Notes under the pieces: generated by a model
The model's input: the letters and a program-made list of their open reading frames with translations, nothing else
The model's database searches: none
Told to the model about the DNA's origin: nothing
From: a virus
Taxonomy: Duplodnaviria > Caudoviricetes
Strand: one strand, 5' to 3'
Length of the DNA: 52,506 nucleotides
IMG/VR virus record: IMGVR_UViG_3300048988_000011
Span: 1 to 52,506 of that record
Made by a program: the position numbers and the translations under genes
In this document: positions 19,790 to 27,832 of the stretch, one piece after another
Position numbering within the stretch: the first letter of the stretch is position 1
Layout: the number at the start of each line of letters is the position of its first letter

Positions 19790-20316
19790 TATTTATCATT
19801 CTCCTTTTTCCGTTTAACTAAGTTTTGATAATTGCGGGCCGAAAGCTTAAACACTCTGTAGAATTTCCCAACAGGATGTTGAGGTAGCGAAGTAAAGTCC
19901 TTATTACAGATAAACCGAATCTTAGACTTAGGATCATCCATATCTTCTTGGACTGCCCAAGCCGCTGTCTCAGGACAGACTGCTTCATTAGATAACAACG
20001 CTCCTCTAGGACAGCTAAGTACTCCTTTGTAGATGCCAGTAGGCATGTCACAGAAAGGCCAGTCAATCGGGATAGCATCATGCTTCTCCATCCCCTTTAT
20101 TAATTCCTTTTGAGAATCAATCTTAGCTCTTAGCTGAGCTTGGCTAAGTGGAGGAGTTGAGCCTGTGCTAATACTAATAGCATCAATAGCATCAGCAGCA
20201 TTATTATCATTCGAGTGACTCAGAGATATCTGCTCTGGTATCTCCAGCCCGTCTTTGTCTTTGTCTTCTTGCATATTCTCCTGGTGGGAGACGTTTAATG
20301 TCTCCACTATTGTCAT
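19789..20316 (-). CDS. Hypothetical Cys-containing protein
   Basis: 175 aa, coupled stop/start. Confidence 0.6.
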   Translation of the reverse strand: MTIVETLNVSHQENMQEDKDKDGLEIPEQISLSHSNDNNAADAIDAISISTGSTPPLSQAQLRAKIDSQKELIKGMEKHDAIPIDWPFCDMPTGIYKGVLSCPRGALLSNEAVCPETAAWAVQEDMDDPKSKIRFICNKDFTSLPQHPVGKFYRVFKLSARNYQNLVKRKKENDK

Positions 20317-20554
20317 GAGCTATTGGGATTTCGACTCTGTTAGTTTTTTGTCTAGTTTTAAGCTTACAAACATCATGCCAGCAATTAGAGCATATCCACC
20401 AAGGAACTCTCTTACCATCTTTTCTATTACTATATCTCCAATTATTCCTACCGTTCTCATCCTTCCAAGGCTTATAGGTATCACAACGCTTACAGTATTT
20501 GCCGTTAGCGTCTATATAGGATCTAGTATGTGGACTCTCTGGATTTCTTGCCAT
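20207..20554 (-). CDS. Zinc-finger protein
   Basis: KYCKRC...CSNC, resembling the Zn ribbon seen N-terminal to HNH/endonuclease VII domains. Confidence 0.5.
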   Translation of the reverse strand: MARNPESPHTRSYIDANGKYCKRCDTYKPWKDENGRNNWRYSNRKDGKRVPWWICSNCWHDVCKLKTRQKTNRVEIPIAHDNSGDIKRLPPGEYARRQRQRRAGDTRADISESLE

Positions 20555-20575
20555 TCATTTCTTATCACTATTCTG

Positions 20576-20824
20576 TTATCTTTTATAACGATTACATCTA
20601 CAACCAAAAACTTTACATGCTCTAAGATCATCATTAGTATGCAATAGTATCCCGTGGAAGCATCCTAATGTAATGCATTTTCGTAATGAAGAAAGTTCAT
20701 CATTAGCAATATGCGCGAATCTAGCTAGATTATGAATTGCTCCTGTTATGGGGTTGATGTTAGTCCATTCTTGGAGAAGCAGTCCTATTGCATCACCTGA
20801 GTTTGCTGGCATTAATGAGCTCAT
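20576..20824 (-). CDS. Small Cys/His protein
   Basis: C..GC.H...H...C...GCRC. Confidence 0.5.
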   Translation of the reverse strand: MSSLMPANSGDAIGLLLQEWTNINPITGAIHNLARFAHIANDELSSLRKCITLGCFHGILLHTNDDLRACKVFGCRCNRYKR

Positions 20825-20845
20825 TAAGTTAGATTAGATTAGAAC

Positions 20846-21061
20846 TTAGAACCAAGATAATTTCTCACCTATTGGTGGCGTTCCTTCCATGAATGCTTTA
20901 AAGCAGCCACGATAATCAAAGTCAATACATTTACACTTAGTGCAAGGTCTAGCCGGAGCTAGTGTTATATCTAATCCGTGATAATCATCAAATGGTTTAC
21001 AATCGTGCTCAGATTGAGAGTGATTGCAAGGACAGATTAAAATGAAGTAACCTTCTCTCAT
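20846..21061 (-). CDS. Small Cys/His protein
   Basis: CPCNH..SEH...CTKCKC.DF. Confidence 0.55.
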   Translation of the reverse strand: MREGYFILICPCNHSQSEHDCKPFDDYHGLDITLAPARPCTKCKCIDFDYRGCFKAFMEGTPPIGEKLSWF

Positions 21062-21082
21062 AATTCTATCTTTACTACTTTA

Positions 21083-21406
21083 CTATTCTAGATGAGATCC
21101 TTTGTTTAGTATCTTGCCAATTAATGAATGTCCTTCTTTCTTCTCGTTAACATACCAAGGTAAGAAGAGGCCAGTAAATCCAAACTCTCTAGTATTACCT
21201 GTTGAGTCAAGATACTTATTATAGAAGTAATCAAAGTACGGATGGTTAGTATCTGTCATTATTTCTGATCCATCATCTTCTTGCTGAGCTTTTAAGTAAG
21301 CATCTTCTAACACTTTGAATTTGAATGTTGATCTAGGAAAGCCAGCTGCTTCTCTTTGCTTCTTACGAGCAAGGCCTTCGTCTATTATCTCAATTACTCT
21401 TGACAT
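21083..21406 (-). CDS. Small protein with a terminase-like segment
   Basis: 'DYFYNKYLDS...FTGLFLPWY' vs TerL 'DYWHQLWQDS...FYPIFLAWY'. Confidence 0.6.
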   Translation of the reverse strand: MSRVIEIIDEGLARKKQREAAGFPRSTFKFKVLEDAYLKAQQEDDGSEIMTDTNHPYFDYFYNKYLDSTGNTREFGFTGLFLPWYVNEKKEGHSLIGKILNKGSHLE

Positions 21407-21909
21407 TAACTAACCTGTTCCTTAGCTTCCTTCTCCAGCTTCTGCTCTGCTTGATACTGCGTCAACAATTCATCAGTCTCAATAAAAGGCCATCTCCTAA
21501 TCGCTTCTTCCTTCATATTCTCCCATTCCTTCTTAGTATATCCCCAGTTAACAATCATACTCTGCTCAAGTGTAGCCCAGGATAGACCTTTCTCCCGATA
21601 TTCAGGCATCTGCTCAATATGATTTTCATCAATCGGTCTAGGTTCTGCCTCAACCTCAGGGGCCTCAGCAATCTCTTCAAAGTCAATATCCTCATCATCA
21701 GCGTTAAATATCTTATCTACAATATGCTCTACATTTACAGAATGTAGGACCAATTTAGGCTTAATATTAGGAGGTGTCCAGTTGAATGCCTGGGCTAGAA
21801 CCCCTTCGACGAGCTTATTCATTGAAATATCGGCGTCCATCGCGATCTGTTTTATCTTCTTTTTCAAATCTGGGTGGATTAGGAATATGGCTTGCGTAGT
21901 ACTCTTCAT
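21406..21909 (-). CDS. Ribbon-helix-helix transcriptional regulator
   Basis: 'AIFLIHPDLKKKIKQIA...ISMNKLVEGVL' Arc/CopG pattern. Confidence 0.7.
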   Translation of the reverse strand: MKSTTQAIFLIHPDLKKKIKQIAMDADISMNKLVEGVLAQAFNWTPPNIKPKLVLHSVNVEHIVDKIFNADDEDIDFEEIAEAPEVEAEPRPIDENHIEQMPEYREKGLSWATLEQSMIVNWGYTKKEWENMKEEAIRRWPFIETDELLTQYQAEQKLEKEAKEQVS

Positions 21910-21915
21910 TTTTCA

Positions 21916-21944
21916 AGCTTACACTATAAATTATTATGTGTCAA
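21916..21944 (-). promoter_or_regulatory. Sigma-70-type promoter, probably leaderless transcript
   Basis: TTGACA-N17-TAAGCT with TG extension; ATG 6 nt downstream, no SD. Confidence 0.6.
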
Positions 21945-21989
21945 GCTTTTATTCTTGACTGCCTATGATTAATCTCTAAACTGTTGTAA

Positions 21990-22334
21990 CTATTCTAGCT
22001 CCGGGTACCTCGCGGTTACTGCTAAGATATGTGCCCTCTTTTCATCATCATCCCCACCCCACTTAGAGTAAATCTCCTCCCAAGTTAATCCCCCATCACG
22101 TCGCTGTATAGTCATCTTCTCCATAACAGAATCATCTAGCATGATTAACGGTAGTTTATTACTAGGCTGAGTGAGATCCACATGCAAATACTCTGCCAGG
22201 GTTTGATTGACTAACTTGCTCATTGACCACCCTTCGCCCAACTCAGCTGCCTTCTGGCATATGGCTTGCTTTACTCGCGGGTCAAGGGTGAAAACGACTG
22301 GAATCTTGGTTATTTTTGTAGAGTTTTTGTACAT
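21990..22334 (-). CDS. Ribbon-helix-helix regulator, paralog of 21406..21909
   Basis: 'VVFTLDPRVKQAI...SMSKLVNQTL'; shared C-terminal 'GL.W' and 'R[WY]P'. Confidence 0.7.
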   Translation of the reverse strand: MYKNSTKITKIPVVFTLDPRVKQAICQKAAELGEGWSMSKLVNQTLAEYLHVDLTQPSNKLPLIMLDDSVMEKMTIQRRDGGLTWEEIYSKWGGDDDEKRAHILAVTARYPELE

Positions 22335-22342
22335 AATATGGA

Positions 22343-22371
22343 TACTAGTATAGATATTTTCTCATGTCAAC
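22343..22371 (-). promoter_or_regulatory. Sigma-70-type promoter, probably leaderless transcript
   Basis: TTGACA-N17-TAGTAT, ATG about 7 nt downstream, no SD. Confidence 0.55.
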
Positions 22372-22855
22372 TCCATAACAATAAAAAATTTCTTTCATCT
22401 AATTGTTGATTCTACTAGCTTTACCAGCTATATATGAATAACATAAGAAATAATAAGTCACTTTGTAAGGGGGGTAGAGTAATATAATTAATATTATATC
22501 GTAATAATGTATGTACTAACTCATACATTAATACTTTGATACACTCTACTGTTCTCGTGTTTGTGGATTTCTAATACTTAGCTCTGCTTGATGGCCTAAG
22601 TATCTGAGGAAGAAGGAGATATTAGTTAATATGTGAAATTTTGAAATTAATATAAATAGTTGATTTTAATATAGCTGTTATATAGAAAATATAGGAGATA
22701 AAAATAAATTTAGGGGGAAAATGAAATTAGAAAAAATTGTGCGAGGGGCCTTCTCCCTGACCATCCACCTTTCCGCTACCCTTTCGACTATGGCCTTCTG
22801 CTGCCTACCTTATATACTCCTGGCCAGATCGTTGAACAATCGTTTAACTCGTTAT

Positions 22856-22868
22856 ATATCAATGAGTT
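22856..22868 (+). promoter_or_regulatory. IHF-like binding site
   Basis: TATCAATGAGTTA matches WATCAANNNNTTR and lies in the palindrome TTTAACTC-N-GAGTTAAA; second match on minus strand near 22653-22665. Confidence 0.45.
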
Positions 22869-23049
22869 AAACATGTTTAGAGCATAGAGCAGACCATATA
22901 GTGCATCATCATACGCTTTGCGAATTGTTGTGATGATTAGACTTAGCCCAGATATCGGTCAGGGTGGCGCACCATTTCGTGCATTGTAGTGATGCGCTAC
23001 GGTCTGATAACTAGCTCTATTTGCAACACTTTGCATCGAAGCATGATGA

Positions 23050-23065
23050 TGGCACACTCCCTGCC
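23050..23065 (+). promoter_or_regulatory. Sigma-54 (-24/-12) promoter
   Basis: TGGCAC-ACTCC-CTGC with exact GG-N10-GC spacing; GCAC-N6-GTGC and GCAT-N7-ATGC palindromes at 22969-22996 resemble enhancer-binding sites. Confidence 0.6.
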
Positions 23066-23074
23066 ATAGTCGAT

Positions 23075-23500
23075 GCCTGACAGCGCAGTTGGTAGAACGC
23101 TGGTCGTGCTAGTGATGCTAAGCACTCAACCGAAAGCCCTAGTCTGATTATTAGTAGCAATACTAATACTATCACACTTTTGTTGGCCGGAGTGCCACTG
23201 ATTAAAACCAGTGCTGATCTAGATGCTAGGCGAGGAGCCTAGTAGGCACGATACCGAAACCCAACTGTAACTTGCTAGGTGACTAGCAAGATACCGAACC
23301 GCACGGTATGGCCGCGCAGTACTACCCCTAACAAAGGTAGAGACTAGCAGAGATCGGACTGTAATGCAGCACTGGCAAGGTGCAATAGTGTGGGGCATAC
23401 TCTACGCCTAGCTAGCTGATGCTTAGCTTGCCCAAAGACTAGTTCTAGGAATACGAGATTCATAAGTCCTTATCTAGTCGCCAGAGCTAGGGCTAAGTAA
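23075..23500 (+). ncRNA. Putative large structured non-coding RNA (unclassified)
   Basis: No ORF; nested helices gctaagca/tgcttagc, gctaggcg/cgcctagc, cttgctag/ctagcaag, atacc/ggtat; starts at expected sigma-54 TSS. Confidence 0.5.
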
Positions 23501-23623
23501 TGTTATTAGGTAGAGTGTGAAAGCTAATTCGATTAACTGATTCTTACTGCTATTACTCTTAGGAGTGATACTAGATAAGATAGGTTAAGAGAGTTAGCTT
23601 TTCTTCTCTCTAATCTCTAAATT

Positions 23624-24156
23624 GGAGAGTGGGCCAGTCAATAGAATCTAATAGCTTAACCTTGGAGGCTAAGCCCGGCTACTCCTGTGCTTAGTTTGCT
23701 TCTGTCCCGCTATGGCTCATGCTGCTTGCTCCGGCCATTCAGGAGCACGTTACTCTTCCACGGCGGAGCTCCAAACCAAAGGAGATGAAAATGAAAAACG
23801 ATAATCTAAGAGACGCAGGACAACTCAATTTTCACCCAGAGGATCGACCAGCGGGTCATCCAGATCACTATAGATGCTCAGCATGTAACCTGATCATCAC
23901 AGATCTGGATCTGTCAATCTCATCACACCCGAGAGATTGTCAGATCGCCTACCCGCACGTAGACCCCACAGTGGCTTATCACCTCGTTGGTGTCCTTGAC
24001 GGCGGCGCGTACGGCCACCCAATAAGCCAGTGCGGCGAAAGCTGCACTGACGGGCCGCAACCCTACCTTGCGGGTTTGACCAAAGCGCGCTAGCCACGGT
24101 ATCCATTCGCGACTACCCAACAATGCTATTAGATTCTATTGACTGGCCCACTCTCC
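23624..24156. repeat. Perfect 32-bp inverted repeat enclosing a GC-rich gene
   Basis: ggagagtgggccagtcaatagaatctaatagc (23624-23655) and its exact reverse complement (24125-24156). Confidence 0.95.
23791..24093 (+). CDS. Hypothetical Cys/His protein inside inverted repeat
   Basis: AAGGAG SD before MKNDNLRD; CSAC motif; GC-rich codons unlike the rest of the genome. Confidence 0.6.
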   Translation: MKNDNLRDAGQLNFHPEDRPAGHPDHYRCSACNLIITDLDLSISSHPRDCQIAYPHVDPTVAYHLVGVLDGGAYGHPISQCGESCTDGPQPYLAGLTKAR

Positions 24157-24175
24157 TCAGGAAAAAGAGAAAGGT

Positions 24176-24352
24176 AGAGGGTAGGCTGAATTGAGGATAG
24201 CACTTTTAATTAGAGCACACTAACATTGCTAAGTTAGCTACCAATAAGGCGAGATAGCCTAGCCAATCGGCAATACTTAATGGTATTAAACGCTAACACT
24301 AACGCAAACAGTCTCTTGTATTAATTGCTATCCTCTACTCAGTCTATTCTCT
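24176..24352 (+). other. Long RNA stem with non-coding loop
   Basis: 24176-24202 pairs with 24326-24352: 14 bp (3 G-U), 3x3 internal loop, 10 bp. Confidence 0.75.
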
Positions 24353-24374
24353 GCTTATTACTCGATTCCTGCTA

Positions 24375-24703
24375 AGTTACTAATTGAGAGATAGGCCAAT
24401 ATAGAGTAGGAGCACATCAGCATCATTTCCTCAGGAGGATAACTGATTATGCCTAAATCGTTAAGTACATCCAAGTTCATTAAGGTGAGCAAGAGTTTGT
24501 TTACCTTGACATTAGTGTGGATTGAAATGGAATGCTGGCTTAGAGATTTCAATAGCTCAGCATTAACCAAGCAACAAGCTAAGATGGTAATGAAGGCCGT
24601 CTTAGCTAAGCATCCTAACGCAGTACAGATTCTTCCATCTTAGTTAGTTCAATGGCTACTAATTGCTCCTACCTTATATTGGCTTATCTTTCTCTTAGTA
24701 ACT
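24375..24703 (+). other. Long RNA stem enclosing ORF 24449..24643
   Basis: 24375-24414 pairs with 24664-24703, with G-U pairs and two small internal loops. Confidence 0.8.
24449..24643 (+). CDS. Hypothetical protein inside stem
   Basis: 64 aa, AGGAGG SD. Confidence 0.6.
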   Translation: MPKSLSTSKFIKVSKSLFTLTLVWIEMECWLRDFNSSALTKQQAKMVMKAVLAKHPNAVQILPS

Positions 24704-24745
24704 GTAATCAATCGTTACTCTATAGAGAGTAGCGAAACAGTCTTT

Positions 24746-24837
24746 TGCGGACTGTAAGAGACTTCACTAGGATCGTCATAAATAGTCTGCTAAGCATGAC
24801 GCGACGCTTAGCCTTAGTGAAGTCAATAGAGTCCGCA
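24746..24837 (+). other. Stem enclosing an H-type pseudoknot
   Basis: tgcggact/agtccgca and gacttcactagg/cttagtgaagtc; inside, cgtcat/atgacg plus gctaagc/gcttagc. Confidence 0.65.
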
Positions 24838-24864
24838 TAATTCTAAGTAGAGGAGAATAGAGAT

Positions 24865-25440
24865 ATGCCAGTAACGAAATTACACGATAAGCTTAGACTG
24901 CCTACCATGAGCATAGCAGAAGTAAAGCTTGCTCGTAGTGCTGAACTAGATCTTTTCGTAGCACGCTCAATCGAGTTTGCTACTAGGCAAGCTAGAAACA
25001 GTAGAAGTAGACGCACTCTCTACGGCAGAGGGCAACATTCTGATACTAAGATGCTGAACTCTGAGATGCTTCACTTTCCCGCTATACTACCCTCTGGGGT
25101 AAGCGGAAAAGATGCGATAGGCGAATTGCCTAAGAAGGGTGTTCGGATAGGTGAGGCAGGCAAGCAACGGCCAGCAAAGGCCGGTTGTCGCTCTATTGTG
25201 GTCGTCAGGAAACAAGATCTGCGGAAGCAAGGCTTTCCTGATGATATGATCACTGCTATGCTAAAGGATCAAGCGCAGAGGATCAGAATCCCTGCCAAAA
25301 AGGTAGCTGAATGCAAGAGAATCCAGTTGATGTTGGCGCATGATGATGATAGGATAGTCAAGGGAAATGTGCTGAGTCCGAGAGTCAGCATTACTGAGGC
25401 TTTGGTGATTGCTGAGACAGTGCAGACGGAGCAGTTCTGA
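24865..25440 (+). CDS. Hypothetical basic protein
   Basis: 191 aa, GAGGAG SD. Confidence 0.65.
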   Translation: MPVTKLHDKLRLPTMSIAEVKLARSAELDLFVARSIEFATRQARNSRSRRTLYGRGQHSDTKMLNSEMLHFPAILPSGVSGKDAIGELPKKGVRIGEAGKQRPAKAGCRSIVVVRKQDLRKQGFPDDMITAMLKDQAQRIRIPAKKVAECKRIQLMLAHDDDRIVKGNVLSPRVSITEALVIAETVQTEQF

Positions 25441-25740
25441 TTAGTATGCTCTCTCCTACCATTCTGAGTGGTAGAGAGACTGGATGCTAAATCCAACCAC
25501 AAAATCTGTCAAATGAGGAGAAAAGAGAAGATATGATTAAATTCCTTCGCAGACTTCATTATAGACGCGAGGCAGGACACAGAATGCATAGAGATCGCGT
25601 CTCTAACCGCTTCTCGCGGTGTGACTGTATCTTTGTTGCTGATGTGATTAGCAGCAAGGTGAGGCTAGCTAAGGAGGTTATTTCCTCTGTTGTTAATTAG
25701 CTAATAATGCTGATGCTAAGCTAAGGAGCTAGAAGAGATG

Positions 25741-25865
25741 TAAGCTCTGCACCTTCTTACTGTTGCTGAGATACCTATGATAACCCTATGGTAGATAGGT
25801 AGAGCCACAATTTAATTTATTACTATTAGGCTCAATCAGTAACAGTAAGAAGTCAGGAGAACTTA
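25741..25865 (+). other. RNase III-site-like stem (copy 1)
   Basis: 17-bp stem 25753-25769/25836-25852 with asymmetric internal loop; shares agaagtcaggagaactta with copy 2. Confidence 0.75.
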
Positions 25866-25893
25866 TCATTTTCATTAAATGAGGAGAGAAAAG

Positions 25894-26322
25894 ATGACCC
25901 AAACAATAACTAAAGATAATGCATTAGCAGTCTTAAAGGATAAGATCAATTATGATAATTGGATTAATGCAGCTATGCGATGTGAGCAAGAAGGTACTAG
26001 AAATAGTGCTTTGAATGCTAAAATAACTGCTGCTTATGCTGCTTATGCTTATGCTGCTTATGCTGCTACTGCTGATGCTTATGCTGCTACTGCTTATGCT
26101 GCTACTGCTGATGCTTATGCTACTTATGCTGCTGCTGCTGATGCTTATGCTACTTATGCTGCTGCTGCTGATGCTGCTACTGCTTATGCTGCTGCTGCTG
26201 CTGCTACTGTTTATGGTGACAAAAGAGATGAAGTACTAACATTAGCAGCTGAAATCTGTGTAGAGGCTTGCATACTCTGCAAAACACAAGGAAGTGCGTT
26301 TTTAGAGATTACCAATAACTAA
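25894..26322 (+). CDS. Protein with Ala/Tyr low-complexity repeat
   Basis: AAYAAYAYAA... tract encoded by gctgcttatgct-type repeats at about 26025-26210. Confidence 0.7.
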   Translation: MTQTITKDNALAVLKDKINYDNWINAAMRCEQEGTRNSALNAKITAAYAAYAYAAYAATADAYAATAYAATADAYATYAAAADAYATYAAAADAATAYAAAAAATVYGDKRDEVLTLAAEICVEACILCKTQGSAFLEITNN

Positions 26323-26388
26323 GTAAGTTTTACACCTTCTCATTCCTCTGTAATTTACAGCTAAGAATGAGAAGTCAGGAGAACTTAC
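26323..26388 (+). other. RNase III-site-like stem (copy 2)
   Basis: gtaagtttt-acac-cttctcattc ... gaatgagaag-tcagg-agaacttac. Confidence 0.75.
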
Positions 26389-26425
26389 AATTAAGTAAGT
26401 TACTACCATAATAACTGTTAGGAAA

Positions 26426-26580
26426 GAAGATTACTCGGCAGGTAGTAGAACCAACGGCGTAGCAGGACGCTATATGAGACGGCTTTGGTTAGTATGAATG
26501 CGCTTATTGCTCGAATAGGCCTTTGGTAACGTACGATACTGAGGACTTAATACCTGTCTACTACCTGCCGAGTAATCTTC
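26426..26580. repeat. Perfect 24-bp inverted repeat with 107-nt structured loop
   Basis: gaagattactcggcaggtagtaga / tctactacctgccgagtaatcttc. Confidence 0.9.
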
Positions 26581-26620
26581 CTACTAAGAATGAAAGAAGA
26601 AAGAAGGAGAAAGAGAAGAG

Positions 26621-27073
26621 ATGGCCGATCAAATGACCGCAGCACAAATAGCTGCAATAACTGATCCTGCGCTACGTGCACAGGTTGAGGCGCTCTTAGC
26701 TGAGCGCAATACCTTAGCTAAGAAAGTTAAGGAAAAATCACCTACTTGGGTAGAGTTAGGTGATTATGGCAAAGGGAAAGCGGGGGTGCAGGTTTCTAAG
26801 AAGGGGCAGGTACAGTTCACTGGGACGAGGAAAGCTTATGGTGGGCTTTACTTATTCGAGACTGAGTTAGTTATGATTCTGAGTAATGCTCAGAAGATCG
26901 CTGAGTGGGTTGTTCTGCATCATGAGGAGTTGAAGAGGAAAGTTGTTGTTGCTCCTGCTGGTGATGCTAGTAATGATCCTACAGTAATTTCAGGAGAAGG
27001 CTCTGGTCCTGAACAAGCTGGTGGAGGTGAAGAAGAGAATACTAATACAATAACTGAGACTGCTTCTGCTTAA
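26621..27073 (+). CDS. Hypothetical protein
   Basis: 150 aa, AAGGAG SD. Confidence 0.7.
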   Translation: MADQMTAAQIAAITDPALRAQVEALLAERNTLAKKVKEKSPTWVELGDYGKGKAGVQVSKKGQVQFTGTRKAYGGLYLFETELVMILSNAQKIAEWVVLHHEELKRKVVVAPAGDASNDPTVISGEGSGPEQAGGGEEENTNTITETASA

Positions 27074-27162
27074 CTGCTAGAAGTAGAGAGGCTATTGAAC
27101 TTCTCCTCTAGGCTATTAGCTATTAAAATGCTAATAGCTCTGAGCGGAGGTTTAAAAAAGAG

Positions 27163-27472
27163 AATGAGCTACTTATCTGGTCAAGTAATCTGTAACTTAG
27201 AGAACTTTCAACCTTTCTGTGTTCTAGATCCATTTGATAGTCGCAGTAATTCTAATCATCCTAAACTATTTACTCATTTCCTAGTAGTAGGAACTGGGGA
27301 GATATATGTAGGACATGTTAGATGCAAAGATGACATTGAGACAGAATTAGCAATAGCTAGAAAGCTAATAGAAGATGAAAAGATAGCTCCTGGCATTGCT
27401 AGAGGATTAACTGGTTGTCTTAGGCGGCTAGATGTGCAATTAGATAATGAATGGAGTTGTGAGCAGGCTTAA
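27163..27472 (+). CDS. Hypothetical protein
   Basis: Probable start MSYLSG after GGAGG; the upstream extension in the ORF track is a hairpin (27098-27152). Confidence 0.55.
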
Positions 27473-27475
27473 GAG

Positions 27476-27691
27476 ATGCTATCGTTATACCAAGCAATGA
27501 CCAATAATTACATACCTAGACGCAATCATCTAGGCAGTAAGCTAGGATTAAGGAAGCGTAAGCAGTTATTGAGATACTATAAATGGACTGCTGAACTAGC
27601 TACTGCCATTTCTCGGCTAATGTCTAATATGGAATTAGTAAGGCTAGGTTTAGCTGAGATTGATGAAGTTGAAGATTGTGAGGAGGTTTAA
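27476..27691 (+). CDS. Hypothetical protein
   Basis: 71 aa ORF in operon. Confidence 0.5.
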   Translation: MLSLYQAMTNNYIPRRNHLGSKLGLRKRKQLLRYYKWTAELATAISRLMSNMELVRLGLAEIDEVEDCEEV

Positions 27692-27700
27692 CACAAAGAG

Positions 27701-27826
27701 ATGGCAAAAAGTAGCAAGATCCAAGTAATAATATTTACTGTTGCTATTGTTACACTAGCTGCTTCATTAGCTGGCTGGATAGTACTGGTAGCAATAGTAA
27801 TTCACTTCTTAGTGAAGTATTGGTAA
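27701..27826 (+). CDS. Small membrane protein
   Basis: Hand-translated MAKSSKIQVIIFTVAIVTLAASLAGWIVLVAIVIHFLVKYW; AGGAGG SD. Confidence 0.55.
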   Translation: MAKSSKIQVIIFTVAIVTLAASLAGWIVLVAIVIHFLVKYW

Positions 27827-27832
27827 AAAATA

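Noticed and set aside
133-20647. Plus-strand ORFs over the structural arm (and minus-strand ORFs over the right arm)
   Set aside because: Antisense shadows of well-supported genes, without SD sequences or motifs
23075-23125. tRNA suggested by AGCGCAGTTGGTAGAACG
   Set aside because: No anticodon stem, T loop or acceptor pairing
23185-23215. RNase P RNA suggested by AGTGCCAC
   Set aside because: The GAGGAAAGTCC and matching P4 strands are absent
23330-23482. Group I intron core (GTAGAGACTAG ... CTAGTC)
   Set aside because: No interrupted gene, no recognisable P4-P6 or S element, and CTAGTC has a closer local partner
23624-24156. IS element or MITE
   Set aside because: No transposase motif and no target-site duplication; the arms resemble neighbouring stems
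26036-26239. Poly-Leu/Met ORF
   Set aside because: Alternate-frame product of the Ala/Tyr repeat
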